NCBI GenBank assembly: GCA_016840855.1
Contig: JAEORO010000217.1
Span: 1-45,131, forward strand
DNA from: Candidatus Thorarchaeota archaeon
Lineage (GTDB): Archaea > Asgardarchaeota > Thorarchaeia > Thorarchaeales > Thorarchaeaceae
Length of the DNA: 45,131 nucleotides
Direction: 5' to 3'
The translations under genes and the position numbers were made by a program. Each line of letters begins with the position of its first letter. Within the stretch, counting starts at the first letter, position 1. The notes under the pieces are model-generated. The model was not told the origin of the DNA and made no database searches. It saw only the letters and a list, made by a program, of their open reading frames with translations. Positions 1-8,894 of this stretch are shown piece after piece.

Positions 1-129
1 CACGTCTTCACCTTGGCTCAAATTGGTGACTTTAAGCAAGGATTATTGTATAAGGTAGTTGTGGAGTGAGTAAATTAGCGAGATTGCACTGAAAAATCCT
101 CGAAGTTAAGTCTGTGTAATAGAATGGTT

Positions 130-1308
130 CTATGATTGAGTTTGTTTCTCTCGCTCCTTTTCTAGTTCCTTTGTCCTTTTTCGGATATTATCTTCAGTCT
201 TTCCGATTCGTTTTTCAATATCCTTTATTCGCTTATCCCGGGATGCCAATTCATTTTCCATTCGTTTTTGTGCTGCTTGAAACACTTTACTGGCATCAGT
301 CCACTCTTGCTTTGCTAGCCGCATCTGTTCTTCGAGGCTCTCAAAATTGATTCTTTTAACCTCTGCTTGATTCCAGCAGTCACGCACCTCTGACTCTAAT
401 CTAGTTTGGACAGAATCAAGGTCTGATTTGAATTGCGCTAGCTCAGTGTACTGATTTGTTAGATCATTAAAAGAATCTTTAATGGTGGTGTCTTTGAGGA
501 AATCAGAGTCTGGAATCTCAGACATAAGTGTGTCAACTTGAGGTATCCGCGCTTTCGAAGTTAAGTCGCTCCTGCGAGACGGGGGTGGTGTTGGTTTGGT
601 TGAGATCACTGGTTTTGGCTCTGGTGTAGCTATGATTTCAGGTTTAGATAGAGGCTTATCTGGAGGCGCAGAGATAGGTTGTTGAGTAGGAGTGGGTTGT
701 GAAGTGAATTGCGCTGTTCCTGGAGGGCCCATGGGTTGTGATGATGACGCTGGCTTAGAAGGTGGTCCAGTAGTTCCAGGAGGCGTCATAGGTCGTGTTG
801 GTTGAGCCGACATAGAAGGTGGTCCTGGAGCTTCAGACGGAGCACTAGCTGAGGGCTGGACTGCTGAAGGCTGAGCAGCTGGTTTTGGTTCTACCGCCTG
901 CCGCTGGCTCTCTAAATCCCCCATTAGTTCTTGAACCTCACTAGCTCGAAGCATGCGTGTTTCTATGATGCCCTCGCCTGTTTCTTCAATACCCACTTCT
1001 TCTGCTCTTGCAAAAGCTTCCCTAGCTTTTTCCAACTCAGACTTAGGCTTTGAGAGTCCTGTGCTGGATCGGACACGGTCTCGAGCGACTGAACTTGGTT
1101 TGACCCATTGGTCATTGGTAGTGACTCTTACTTCGCTTACTGGAGCTGCAGGAGGCGGTGTCTTTTTCACTTCAGGTATCACCTCTGCTTCATCGGGCGA
1201 AGAAATCGTCTTTGGTTTCGGTTCTACAGAAAGAAGAAGTCCTCCGCATCGTATACAATACTTCCGAGTTGGCTGGTTTGCCCTACCGCATTTGGGACAG
1301 TTTTTCAC
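130..1308 (-). CDS. Hypothetical protein: N-terminal zinc ribbon, long Pro/Ser/Thr-rich disordered linker, C-terminal coiled coil
   Basis: CPKC-x10-CIRC at the N-terminus, a P/S/T/Q-rich middle and a heptad-rich E/K/Q/L C-terminus. Start moved to GTG at 1308 (VKNCPKC), preceded by a GGGGATG SD-like element; the ORF track starts at 1353. Confidence 0.75.
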   Translation of the reverse strand: MKNCPKCGRANQPTRKYCIRCGGLLLSVEPKPKTISSPDEAEVIPEVKKTPPPAAPVSEVRVTTNDQWVKPSSVARDRVRSSTGLSKPKSELEKAREAFARAEEVGIEETGEGIIETRMLRASEVQELMGDLESQRQAVEPKPAAQPSAVQPSASAPSEAPGPPSMSAQPTRPMTPPGTTGPPSKPASSSQPMGPPGTAQFTSQPTPTQQPISAPPDKPLSKPEIIATPEPKPVISTKPTPPPSRRSDLTSKARIPQVDTLMSEIPDSDFLKDTTIKDSFNDLTNQYTELAQFKSDLDSVQTRLESEVRDCWNQAEVKRINFESLEEQMRLAKQEWTDASKVFQAAQKRMENELASRDKRIKDIEKRIGKTEDNIRKRTKELEKEREKQTQS

Positions 1309-1454
1309 TGATTCATCATCCCCATCAAGCGAATCAGCTAAAAATACGTACATCTGTGCTGTAAAGGTTTTCTAAGATACAAGCTACCGCCTCTCTATAA
1401 CCAAGGTAAGCTAATATTCAATGGATACTCGAGGTTATCTACCGGTGATATGAC

Positions 1455-3041
1455 TTGATGAGTCATGCGATCGAAGCTTTGCTAATAACCGACAAAGGTG
1501 GCGCACCCAGATTCTATATGCAGCTCGATCCAAAGGCTCTGAACATGGACCCAGTGATGGCTTCAAGTTTTTTTGCGGCTATTAACATGTTTTCGAAGGA
1601 AGTTTTCGATGAGCGATCTCCGGTGGTCCAAGTAGACTATGGAGCTCGATTGTTTACTTTAATTAATGGTGTCAACACAAATATGATTGCAGTCAGTGTT
1701 CAACGCCTTAATCAGGAATCACTCGATATCTTAGACTCACTTTTAGCTGAGTTTGAACTTGATTGGCTTGAGGTGGTTGATCCTTTTGATTTCAGTTTCG
1801 AAACCTCATTTGTGGATGTCTATCTGGAGGCATTTGGAGAACGAGTCATGGAGAAGCTCTCCCTGCGCCTATTAGGTGAAACCTGGGTGCCATATTTCAC
1901 GACCAAGCTTCAATCACGTGAAGCAGTATCCAGTCTGTTGATGAACTACATCAATGGTTCTAGAAACGTCAATGAGATAATCGAAGTTAGTGGATTATCG
2001 CGGCGCGAAGTTGTACTTGATCTCTCGAAATTATGGGCACATCGTATCATAAGGTTTCGAAATATGTTTAACTTCAATGATTTCATGACAACCGGAACTC
2101 AATTTGTAAGATATGCTCAAGCTACATCATCTGAAACACAAGACTTGAGGACTCTACATCCTGATATGGCTGACGTGATCCCACATCTTGCAGGATTAAT
2201 AGATGGACGTCGAACGGTTAGAGAAATTCTTGCTGAACTTGGAGCTCGCTACGACGAAAGTGAACTCCTGAGAGCTTTAGATTTCCTTATCGAAGTAGGA
2301 GTGATTGAAGCACTAACTCCAGAAAAGCGACGTATTCTTCTAGCAAAAGAAGCGTTGGAGCTTGCGATTCGTGTTGCTGAAGGTAGTTACAATGTCACCG
2401 AAGCAACAAATGCATTACAATTTGTAATGAAAAATACTAAAGCTCCAGAAGCACTAAGTCAGTTACTACTAAAAGATGGCAAGTGGGTTGTAGATTTTGA
2501 TTTTAAGATACTTGAAGGATTAAATCAGCGGCGGCTCATGTTGCTTTTTGGAGAATGGATGAAGATTTTGGCACAGTTTGTCAATGCACTAAATCCAGCT
2601 AAGCTTGAACGATATATCAGTAACTTAACAACTGTCTTTTCTCAACGTATCATAAGACGTTATTCCGCATTCGATTTGAGAGGATTTGAAGAATTCGCCT
2701 ATTGGTTAGAGATATTGAGCACTCCAACAAAGCCGCATGTTGGACCTATTGAAACAAGTCACCTGCAAATAGTATGGTCCAGTGCACTAGAAGAACTTGC
2801 ATATATTCTTGTGACGCGAGGTCATATCATCTATAAATCAGAGAGTATCACTCAAATTCGCTCTGCGTCAGGAACCCCCCTGATTGACTTACTTCCGGCG
2901 GAATGGGTTGGCCGAGATCGAGTGGAAACATTTGAACGCATAATGGTAGAATACTCTAATCTGGGTCCTGCGGCAAAATTAACACTATTAATCCTTGCAA
3001 CGCAACGAGGTATATTGATACCAAAAGAAATCATAATTTAG
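1455..3041 (+). CDS. Longin domain + tandem winged-helix protein, NPRL2/NPR2-like
   Basis: Longin-type N-terminus (IEALLITDKGGAPRF...DPVMASSFFAAINMFSKE), then VPYF...YINGSRNVNEI and a second IDGRRTVREI wHTH repeat. GGTGA SD at 1444-1448. Start is TTG 1455 or ATG 1458. Confidence 0.7.
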   Translation: MMSHAIEALLITDKGGAPRFYMQLDPKALNMDPVMASSFFAAINMFSKEVFDERSPVVQVDYGARLFTLINGVNTNMIAVSVQRLNQESLDILDSLLAEFELDWLEVVDPFDFSFETSFVDVYLEAFGERVMEKLSLRLLGETWVPYFTTKLQSREAVSSLLMNYINGSRNVNEIIEVSGLSRREVVLDLSKLWAHRIIRFRNMFNFNDFMTTGTQFVRYAQATSSETQDLRTLHPDMADVIPHLAGLIDGRRTVREILAELGARYDESELLRALDFLIEVGVIEALTPEKRRILLAKEALELAIRVAEGSYNVTEATNALQFVMKNTKAPEALSQLLLKDGKWVVDFDFKILEGLNQRRLMLLFGEWMKILAQFVNALNPAKLERYISNLTTVFSQRIIRRYSAFDLRGFEEFAYWLEILSTPTKPHVGPIETSHLQIVWSSALEELAYILVTRGHIIYKSESITQIRSASGTPLIDLLPAEWVGRDRVETFERIMVEYSNLGPAAKLTLLILATQRGILIPKEIII

Positions 3042-3116
3042 TGAGGAGGCTAGAATATCTTCCATCTGAAGAACTATTATCTAAGAATTTTGAAGAAACA
3101 CAGTTGGTGACAGTAT

Positions 3117-3632
3117 ATGAGCCCGTCCTATCTATTAAAAATCGTTACAGTCGGATCTGCTTCTGTTGGAAAAACAAGCATCATAATCAGATATTCTACT
3201 GGAACCTTTCGTGAACACTACTCCCCAACATTAGGTGTAGGATTTGCATACAAGAAAATGGATGTTGACGACAACTCAGTAAACCTTCAAATCTGGGATT
3301 TGGGCTCTCAGGACTTTCTTGAACGCACGCGTGCGAACTATTACTTAGGAGCTCAAGGAGTAATCTTCATGTTTGATGTCACCTCTTGGGAATCCCTCAA
3401 TGAGGTAATTGAATGGAAAAATGAAGTTGATCGAAATCTAGAGGACTATCGAGCCATTCTTGTCGGAAACAAGACTGATCTTGCTATGGATCGGGTAGTT
3501 TCTACTGAGGAAGGCCTGAAAATAGCTTCGCAGATGGGGATAGACTACATTGAAACATCTGTTCGCCTTGATATGAATGTCAATAAATCATTCGAGATGA
3601 TTGCCAGAAGCATCATTGCCTCATTTCATTGA
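3117..3632 (+). CDS. Rab-like small GTPase (Ras superfamily)
   Basis: G1 GSASVGKTS, G2 PTLG, G3 WDLGSQ, G4 NKTD, G5 ETSV. RabF-like LGVGF, NLQIW, YYLGA and FMFDVT. No C-terminal Cys. GGTGA SD upstream. Confidence 0.95.
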   Translation: MSPSYLLKIVTVGSASVGKTSIIIRYSTGTFREHYSPTLGVGFAYKKMDVDDNSVNLQIWDLGSQDFLERTRANYYLGAQGVIFMFDVTSWESLNEVIEWKNEVDRNLEDYRAILVGNKTDLAMDRVVSTEEGLKIASQMGIDYIETSVRLDMNVNKSFEMIARSIIASFH

Positions 3633-3646
3633 TTTGAATCATCACA

Positions 3647-4411
3647 TCACACGAGTGCCATCAATTTTTTGTGAAGTATTGAATTACAAGCTAGAGATGA
3701 GGTCCCCATTGCATTGTCCATGCCATCAAGATCAGTGAATACACCCCCCGCTTCTGTGATTATTGGTTTTAATGGTGCAATGTCCCAGATGTTCATAATG
3801 GGATCTATCATTGCATCAACTCTACCAGTTGCCACAAGAAGATATCCGTATGCATCACCCCAAGCTCTACAAGAGTAAGAGCTAGTCAGAAGACGTTTGG
3901 CAAAATCTGGTCTGTGTCTTGATAAATCCGCATAGTCCGTAACTTGAATCCAGGCATCTCTCAGGCACTCTGTAGAACTTACATGGCACGGGGTGCCATT
4001 ATAGAATGCTCCCATCTTCGTCGCAGCTGAAACCATTTCTCCAATGAAAGGCGCATGAATTACTCCAAGTTGAGGTTCACCTTCATATTCAAGAGCGAGA
4101 AGGACAGCATATAGTGGTACTCCCCTGATAAATGACTGTGTTCCATCAATTGGATCAATTATCCATCTGTATGACGATGCACCCGAACTCTCCCCATCTT
4201 CTTCGCCAAGTATCGAGTGAGAGGGAAATCTAGCCTCAATTCTTCCTCGGATATACTCCTCTGTTTTTCTATCAGCTATAGTGACTGGTGTTTCATCCTG
4301 TTTTCTATCAATCTTGATGTCTTTCAGGAAATACTTCATAGTCACCTCTCCTGCTCCAGTTACGACCTCTTCTGCGAAGGAAAGTAAACTCCGTAAACTC
4401 TCTAAATTCAA
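3647..4411 (-). CDS. Inositol monophosphatase family protein (HisN-like histidinol-phosphatase/IMPase)
   Basis: PVTIAD, ILGEE, WIIDPIDGT, WGDAYGY and WDIAPL motifs; TTG start. Confidence 0.9.
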   Translation of the reverse strand: MNLESLRSLLSFAEEVVTGAGEVTMKYFLKDIKIDRKQDETPVTIADRKTEEYIRGRIEARFPSHSILGEEDGESSGASSYRWIIDPIDGTQSFIRGVPLYAVLLALEYEGEPQLGVIHAPFIGEMVSAATKMGAFYNGTPCHVSSTECLRDAWIQVTDYADLSRHRPDFAKRLLTSSYSCRAWGDAYGYLLVATGRVDAMIDPIMNIWDIAPLKPIITEAGGVFTDLDGMDNAMGTSSLACNSILHKKLMALV

Positions 4412-4559
4412 ATTTACTACTGTCCGATTATTCTATAAGTCACTCATGTGTGTCTGAGATATAAGAAGCGTGATAATTGACTCCCCTACTAAACTTCTGC
4501 TCGCGAAGTTGTTCATAACTGAGAATTATCGTGTTCTGATAGTACTCGGGTAAATCAAT

Positions 4560-5996
4560 CTATTTCGAAGTTTTTTCTCTTGCAATATCCAGTGGTGGCT
4601 TAACGCTCTCTGGAATAGGGCAAATGTACCTCCTGCCCTTCATCTTCTCTGCGTGTTCGTCTATTATTACCTTTAGAAGATCTGGTTTCGTCAAGAGATC
4701 GATTGCTGAGCCAGCCATGACCTTCGTAGCAAATATGAGTGCCTTGTGACCAATACTCATTCCACAGCAGGCTGTCCATTGCCAATCGTGACCCGCTGCC
4801 TCGAGAGTAGCTGAGGCTGTTCCAAATTCCATGGTTGGTGCAGTCCAGCTGACATCTCCTGTATCTGTTGAGCCCGGAAATACAATTCCTTCATCCCATG
4901 GATCATGAATCTCTCTATCAATATGCACCTCATCTTCCACTAGCTGTTCCCACCCCGGACGTTTGGATGCTCGTAATTGTTCGCTCTTTGCTTCTTTTGT
5001 TACTGTCTTTGCCATCTCCTTTGCGAACATCATCTCATCATTAGTGTATTCTGGTGCTCCAACTTCCCGCATATTAGATATGACAAGATCACTCAATCCC
5101 TTGCTTGGGAGTTCGTTGGATAACCCCTCAACGAATTCAACCCTTAGTCTAGTTTGCGTCATCAGTGCTGCCCCTTCAGCAATTTTGACCACCCAATCGT
5201 AGATGTGGTTCACCTGTTCACGCTCTGGCGCTCGGATGTAGTACCAGCTGCGAGCATAATCTGGTACAACATTTGGTTGCAAGCCTCCCGATTCTATAAC
5301 ATAATGGATTCTTGCTTCTTGAACAATATGTTCTCTCATGAAATTCACACCGATATTCATGAGCTCAATCGCATCAAGCGCACTTCTTCCAACATATGGA
5401 GTGGCTGCCGCATGCGCTGTTGTGCCATAGAAATGGAACTTTGCAGAATTCATCGCAAGACTACTACCTAAGCCTGCGATATTGAAATGACCTGGGTGAT
5501 GACTCAAAACAGCATCGACACCATCAAAGCAACCAGCTCTTACCATGAAGACCTTGCCACTGTAGGTTTCTTCTGCAGGTGTACCAAAGAATTTGATAGT
5601 TCCTTTCAGTCCATGTCTTTCCATTGTCACTTTTGTAGCAATAGCACTCATAACCCCAGTGACTCCATGGATATTGTGTCCACACCCATGTCCCGGAGCT
5701 CCTTCTTCAATAGGGTCCTTATAGGGGACGGGCTTTTGGGACAAACCGGGTAGTGCATCATACTCTCCCATGAATCCGATAGTGGGACTGTCTTTTCCAT
5801 ATGTAGCCACAAATGCCGTTGGCATACCCGCTACACCCATTTCGATATTGAATTCATGTTTGGCAAGCATCTTTGCAAGATACGCTACCGACTTCACTTC
5901 CAGAAGTCCTAGCTCCGCGAGGTTCCATATGGTATCGCTTGCTTCAATAATCATCCTTTCATTGTCCGATATCCAATCCCAAGCATCACTCTTCAT
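4560..5996 (-). CDS. M20 amidohydrolase, AbgB-like (p-aminobenzoyl-glutamate hydrolase subunit B family)
   Basis: GEYDALPGLSQ, GHGCGHN, GTPAEE, GRSALDAIELMN and GSTDTGDVSW motifs. Confidence 0.9.
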   Translation of the reverse strand: MKSDAWDWISDNERMIIEASDTIWNLAELGLLEVKSVAYLAKMLAKHEFNIEMGVAGMPTAFVATYGKDSPTIGFMGEYDALPGLSQKPVPYKDPIEEGAPGHGCGHNIHGVTGVMSAIATKVTMERHGLKGTIKFFGTPAEETYSGKVFMVRAGCFDGVDAVLSHHPGHFNIAGLGSSLAMNSAKFHFYGTTAHAAATPYVGRSALDAIELMNIGVNFMREHIVQEARIHYVIESGGLQPNVVPDYARSWYYIRAPEREQVNHIYDWVVKIAEGAALMTQTRLRVEFVEGLSNELPSKGLSDLVISNMREVGAPEYTNDEMMFAKEMAKTVTKEAKSEQLRASKRPGWEQLVEDEVHIDREIHDPWDEGIVFPGSTDTGDVSWTAPTMEFGTASATLEAAGHDWQWTACCGMSIGHKALIFATKVMAGSAIDLLTKPDLLKVIIDEHAEKMKGRRYICPIPESVKPPLDIAREKTSK

Positions 5997-6169
5997 ACTA
6001 TTGACCGGTCACCTGAACAAATTTCACGCTCTTAAATCTGGCCTGATAAGAGCAGCAGTCATTTTAGCAATAGATCATCATCGAAGTACTTGTTTGACCA
6101 GATCAAATTCTTGCTACGAACTGGCAATTGATATACAATCTTGATGATAAATTAAAGTGTGAAACAGAG

Positions 6170-7240
6170 ATGGTAGCTACGGATGAGCAACTTGAGGAGA
6201 AAGTCGTTTACAAGGTACTAGATGAACTCCTAGTTCTTCAAACCCGAATTCATGGAAAGGTAAATGATTTACCGGATGTATTTACAAAACTCAGGTCAGT
6301 TGCTGGTGGGACTACTGCTGGTAGTCCAATTGTTACGCATCACTGGGGAGTAAGTGATGATGTTGGGCATGACATGGACGTCAGTCTTCCTGTGAATAAA
6401 TCCTCCAAAGGAGATGGGGTCATATCAACAACTCTTCCTGCTGAAGAAGCAATGACTATTACGTACAGAGGACCATATGCTGAGATTGGGACTGCTTACA
6501 GGTTGGTTTCCAAGCACACCTACGAGAGAGGCCATCCAATTGCTGAGTCTACACGTGAGATCTTTCATCACTATGATACGAATCACCCTGAAGACACAGT
6601 GGTGGAGATTCAAGCAGTACTCCACGATTGGACACGAAGGTTCTCAAATAAGCTTGAAACTGTGCTTGGCGCAGAAACCAAAGCTGAAATCTTGGCACCG
6701 ATGAACAATCTCGATATTGATTCGCCTACAGCTGTCCGTCACCAATCACTTTGTAATGCACTCACTATCTTAGAGCAAAAGGCAAGTAATGAGGAACAGT
6801 ACGAGATTCTGTCACACTGTGCACATATATTTCCAGTCGAACTCATCCCACCAATGCGAGAGCTCTTCAAATCTACTGGTAATGTAGATGCAATCATCGA
6901 TGCTATGATTTCTAAGGGAGGATATTATCCTAAATTACTAAGGCGTGAGGAATCTATCATCTATGAAGAGAAAAGCCCAGCTAATCCAGCAGCGTATAAA
7001 GAAGCGAAAACAGATGCGGAGCGACGGAGAGCATATTGTTTCTGTCCACTGATAAGAGACCACCTCGATGAAACTCCGAAAACATTTTGCAATTGTTCTG
7101 CTGGATGGCCAAAACAACTTTGGGAAGGTATCCTTGAAAGACCCTTGAAGATACAGGTTGTCCGGTCTTTAATAAATGGGGACAATACATGTGAGTTTGC
7201 TATCCATTTACCAGATGGAATTCTGATTCCTAGGAAATGA
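6170..7240 (+). CDS. GyrI-like ligand-binding domain fused to a Cys-rich V4R/DUF6144-like domain
   Basis: YRGPYAEIGTAY...TREIFH (GyrI-like). C-terminal CAH, CFCP, CNCSAGW and GDNTCEF (V4R-like). ATG 6170 preferred over TTG 6128. Confidence 0.7.
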   Translation: MVATDEQLEEKVVYKVLDELLVLQTRIHGKVNDLPDVFTKLRSVAGGTTAGSPIVTHHWGVSDDVGHDMDVSLPVNKSSKGDGVISTTLPAEEAMTITYRGPYAEIGTAYRLVSKHTYERGHPIAESTREIFHHYDTNHPEDTVVEIQAVLHDWTRRFSNKLETVLGAETKAEILAPMNNLDIDSPTAVRHQSLCNALTILEQKASNEEQYEILSHCAHIFPVELIPPMRELFKSTGNVDAIIDAMISKGGYYPKLLRREESIIYEEKSPANPAAYKEAKTDAERRRAYCFCPLIRDHLDETPKTFCNCSAGWPKQLWEGILERPLKIQVVRSLINGDNTCEFAIHLPDGILIPRK

Positions 7241-7311
7241 ATCAACTTCTCTGGTGCCACCTTCATTGTCTGGATATAGACCATCTTCATTTGTCGTTAG
7301 ATACAAGTAAT

Positions 7312-8733
7312 TCATGACCTTTGCTCCAGTTCTCTTTCGAGCTCTTCTACACTAACCTTTGGTTCAATACTTTTTACAGCAAGTATATAGAGAATCACAA
7401 AGTTGAGTGCAAGGGCCATAAAGAGAAGCGGAACTCCTCTGAAAAGCTCATATATCACACCAGCTGGTATCTGCCCAATTGTTATGATTAAAAGCACAAA
7501 CACTGTGGTAAGACTTAGCATTTTTCCAAGATCTTGTCGAGGTAATGATTTTTGGATATAGGTGTTGATTACTGACATCCAGAGTACATCATTGATTGAC
7601 TTTATGGCTGTAGCAATAAATGCTAGTGAGAATAAGACACTCAAGCCAGAATAGATTGAATCCGCTGCGGCAACCCAAGATAGAGGTGCAATGTATGGTA
7701 TATTTTGAGCCACAACAAGAAGGCCAATAGCTATTGGCATTACCGAATAGACCGCGAGTGCAAGCTTTTTACCGCCATGCTTGTCAAAGAGTCTTCCGAG
7801 GTACAGTGTGAGGGGGATTGAGAATGTGAGAGTCAATAACAGCATCAGGTTGATGTCTGCAATTCCAAACCCCAGGGTCTCATTAACATAGTAGAGGTTA
7901 GCAAAACCATAGAATGTATCACTTAAAGCATCTATACAGAAGACCGCAATGAATACTGGAAAAACACGCGCCAATAGCTTGATGCTTCTGATATTTTCAT
8001 AAAAGAAGTCTCTGACCACATTGTCAGACTTCAAGGCGCGTCTACCGGGTTCTGTCGAATCAAGCCATTTTATTCTAATGAAGGCACAAATCATGTATAC
8101 AATCCCTGATAGTATAAACATAGTACTCATGACAGGTATAAATTCCATTCCCAAGTTCAATAGAATTCCCACTGCAAAGAGTGGGAAAAGACCGAAAACC
8201 GTACCCAATGTGAAAAGACTGATAGCGACCCCTCCATGACGACGGTCTATTTGTTCCATGATGTATGCAGTACCACCCTTACTGGTAAAGGATGCAATTC
8301 CAAACATCATGAAACCAATCGCCATGAATAGAATGTCACCTGAAAAAGCAATTATGAAGTAACCAATACCATTTACTGCCATTGTGATAGATGCTAATTT
8401 TCGACGGTCATAGTTATCTGCAAGATAACCTGATACAAACTCTCCAATGAGTGACACTCCCGTGAGCAGTGATATGAGTAGCGCTACTAGGATATATGTT
8501 AGACCAACATCTCTGAGGTATAGTGGAAAGTATCTATTAACGACTTGAATGCTTGAATAGATCCACGCAGTGAAAAGGAATATTGTGAAGTTCTTGTTTG
8601 ATAATGTCTGCTTGACAGCTTCAAACCATGAGGTTGATGCACCTTCAGCAACGATGAGTGACTTAGTATCAATCCCAGGTTCTTCTGCTTCATTAATTTC
8701 CTCAACTTCAATAACTTCATCGACATCAGCCAT
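7312..8733 (-). CDS. MFS transporter
   Basis: About 12 hydrophobic segments; motif A twice (GYLADNYDRRK, GRLFDKHGGKK). ATG 8733 follows a GGGTGA SD. Confidence 0.9.
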   Translation of the reverse strand: MADVDEVIEVEEINEAEEPGIDTKSLIVAEGASTSWFEAVKQTLSNKNFTIFLFTAWIYSSIQVVNRYFPLYLRDVGLTYILVALLISLLTGVSLIGEFVSGYLADNYDRRKLASITMAVNGIGYFIIAFSGDILFMAIGFMMFGIASFTSKGGTAYIMEQIDRRHGGVAISLFTLGTVFGLFPLFAVGILLNLGMEFIPVMSTMFILSGIVYMICAFIRIKWLDSTEPGRRALKSDNVVRDFFYENIRSIKLLARVFPVFIAVFCIDALSDTFYGFANLYYVNETLGFGIADINLMLLLTLTFSIPLTLYLGRLFDKHGGKKLALAVYSVMPIAIGLLVVAQNIPYIAPLSWVAAADSIYSGLSVLFSLAFIATAIKSINDVLWMSVINTYIQKSLPRQDLGKMLSLTTVFVLLIITIGQIPAGVIYELFRGVPLLFMALALNFVILYILAVKSIEPKVSVEELERELEQRS

Positions 8734-8894
8734 GGCAATCACCCGCCATCAAATCCTCTCTCTCCTCAAGTTTTAATGATAGGTTTTATTCTATACTAAA
8801 AGGACAATGTTCTCAGCAACTTTCCACACCTATTTTTCAGCAAGCTCATATAGTATAACTATCAATGCAAAAGCGCATTGGAGTAGTGTCTTTC

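Noticed and set aside
1-60. Possible minus-strand gene start (GTG at 3, GGTGA SD at 8-12) running off the window
   Set aside because: Only one codon is visible, so it cannot be supported.
4412-4447. In-frame upstream ATG with a TAG before the IMPase TTG start (possible pyrrolysine readthrough)
   Set aside because: The TTATAG is better explained as a TATA box about 25 nt upstream of a leaderless start, the extension is not family-like, and no pyl genes are visible.
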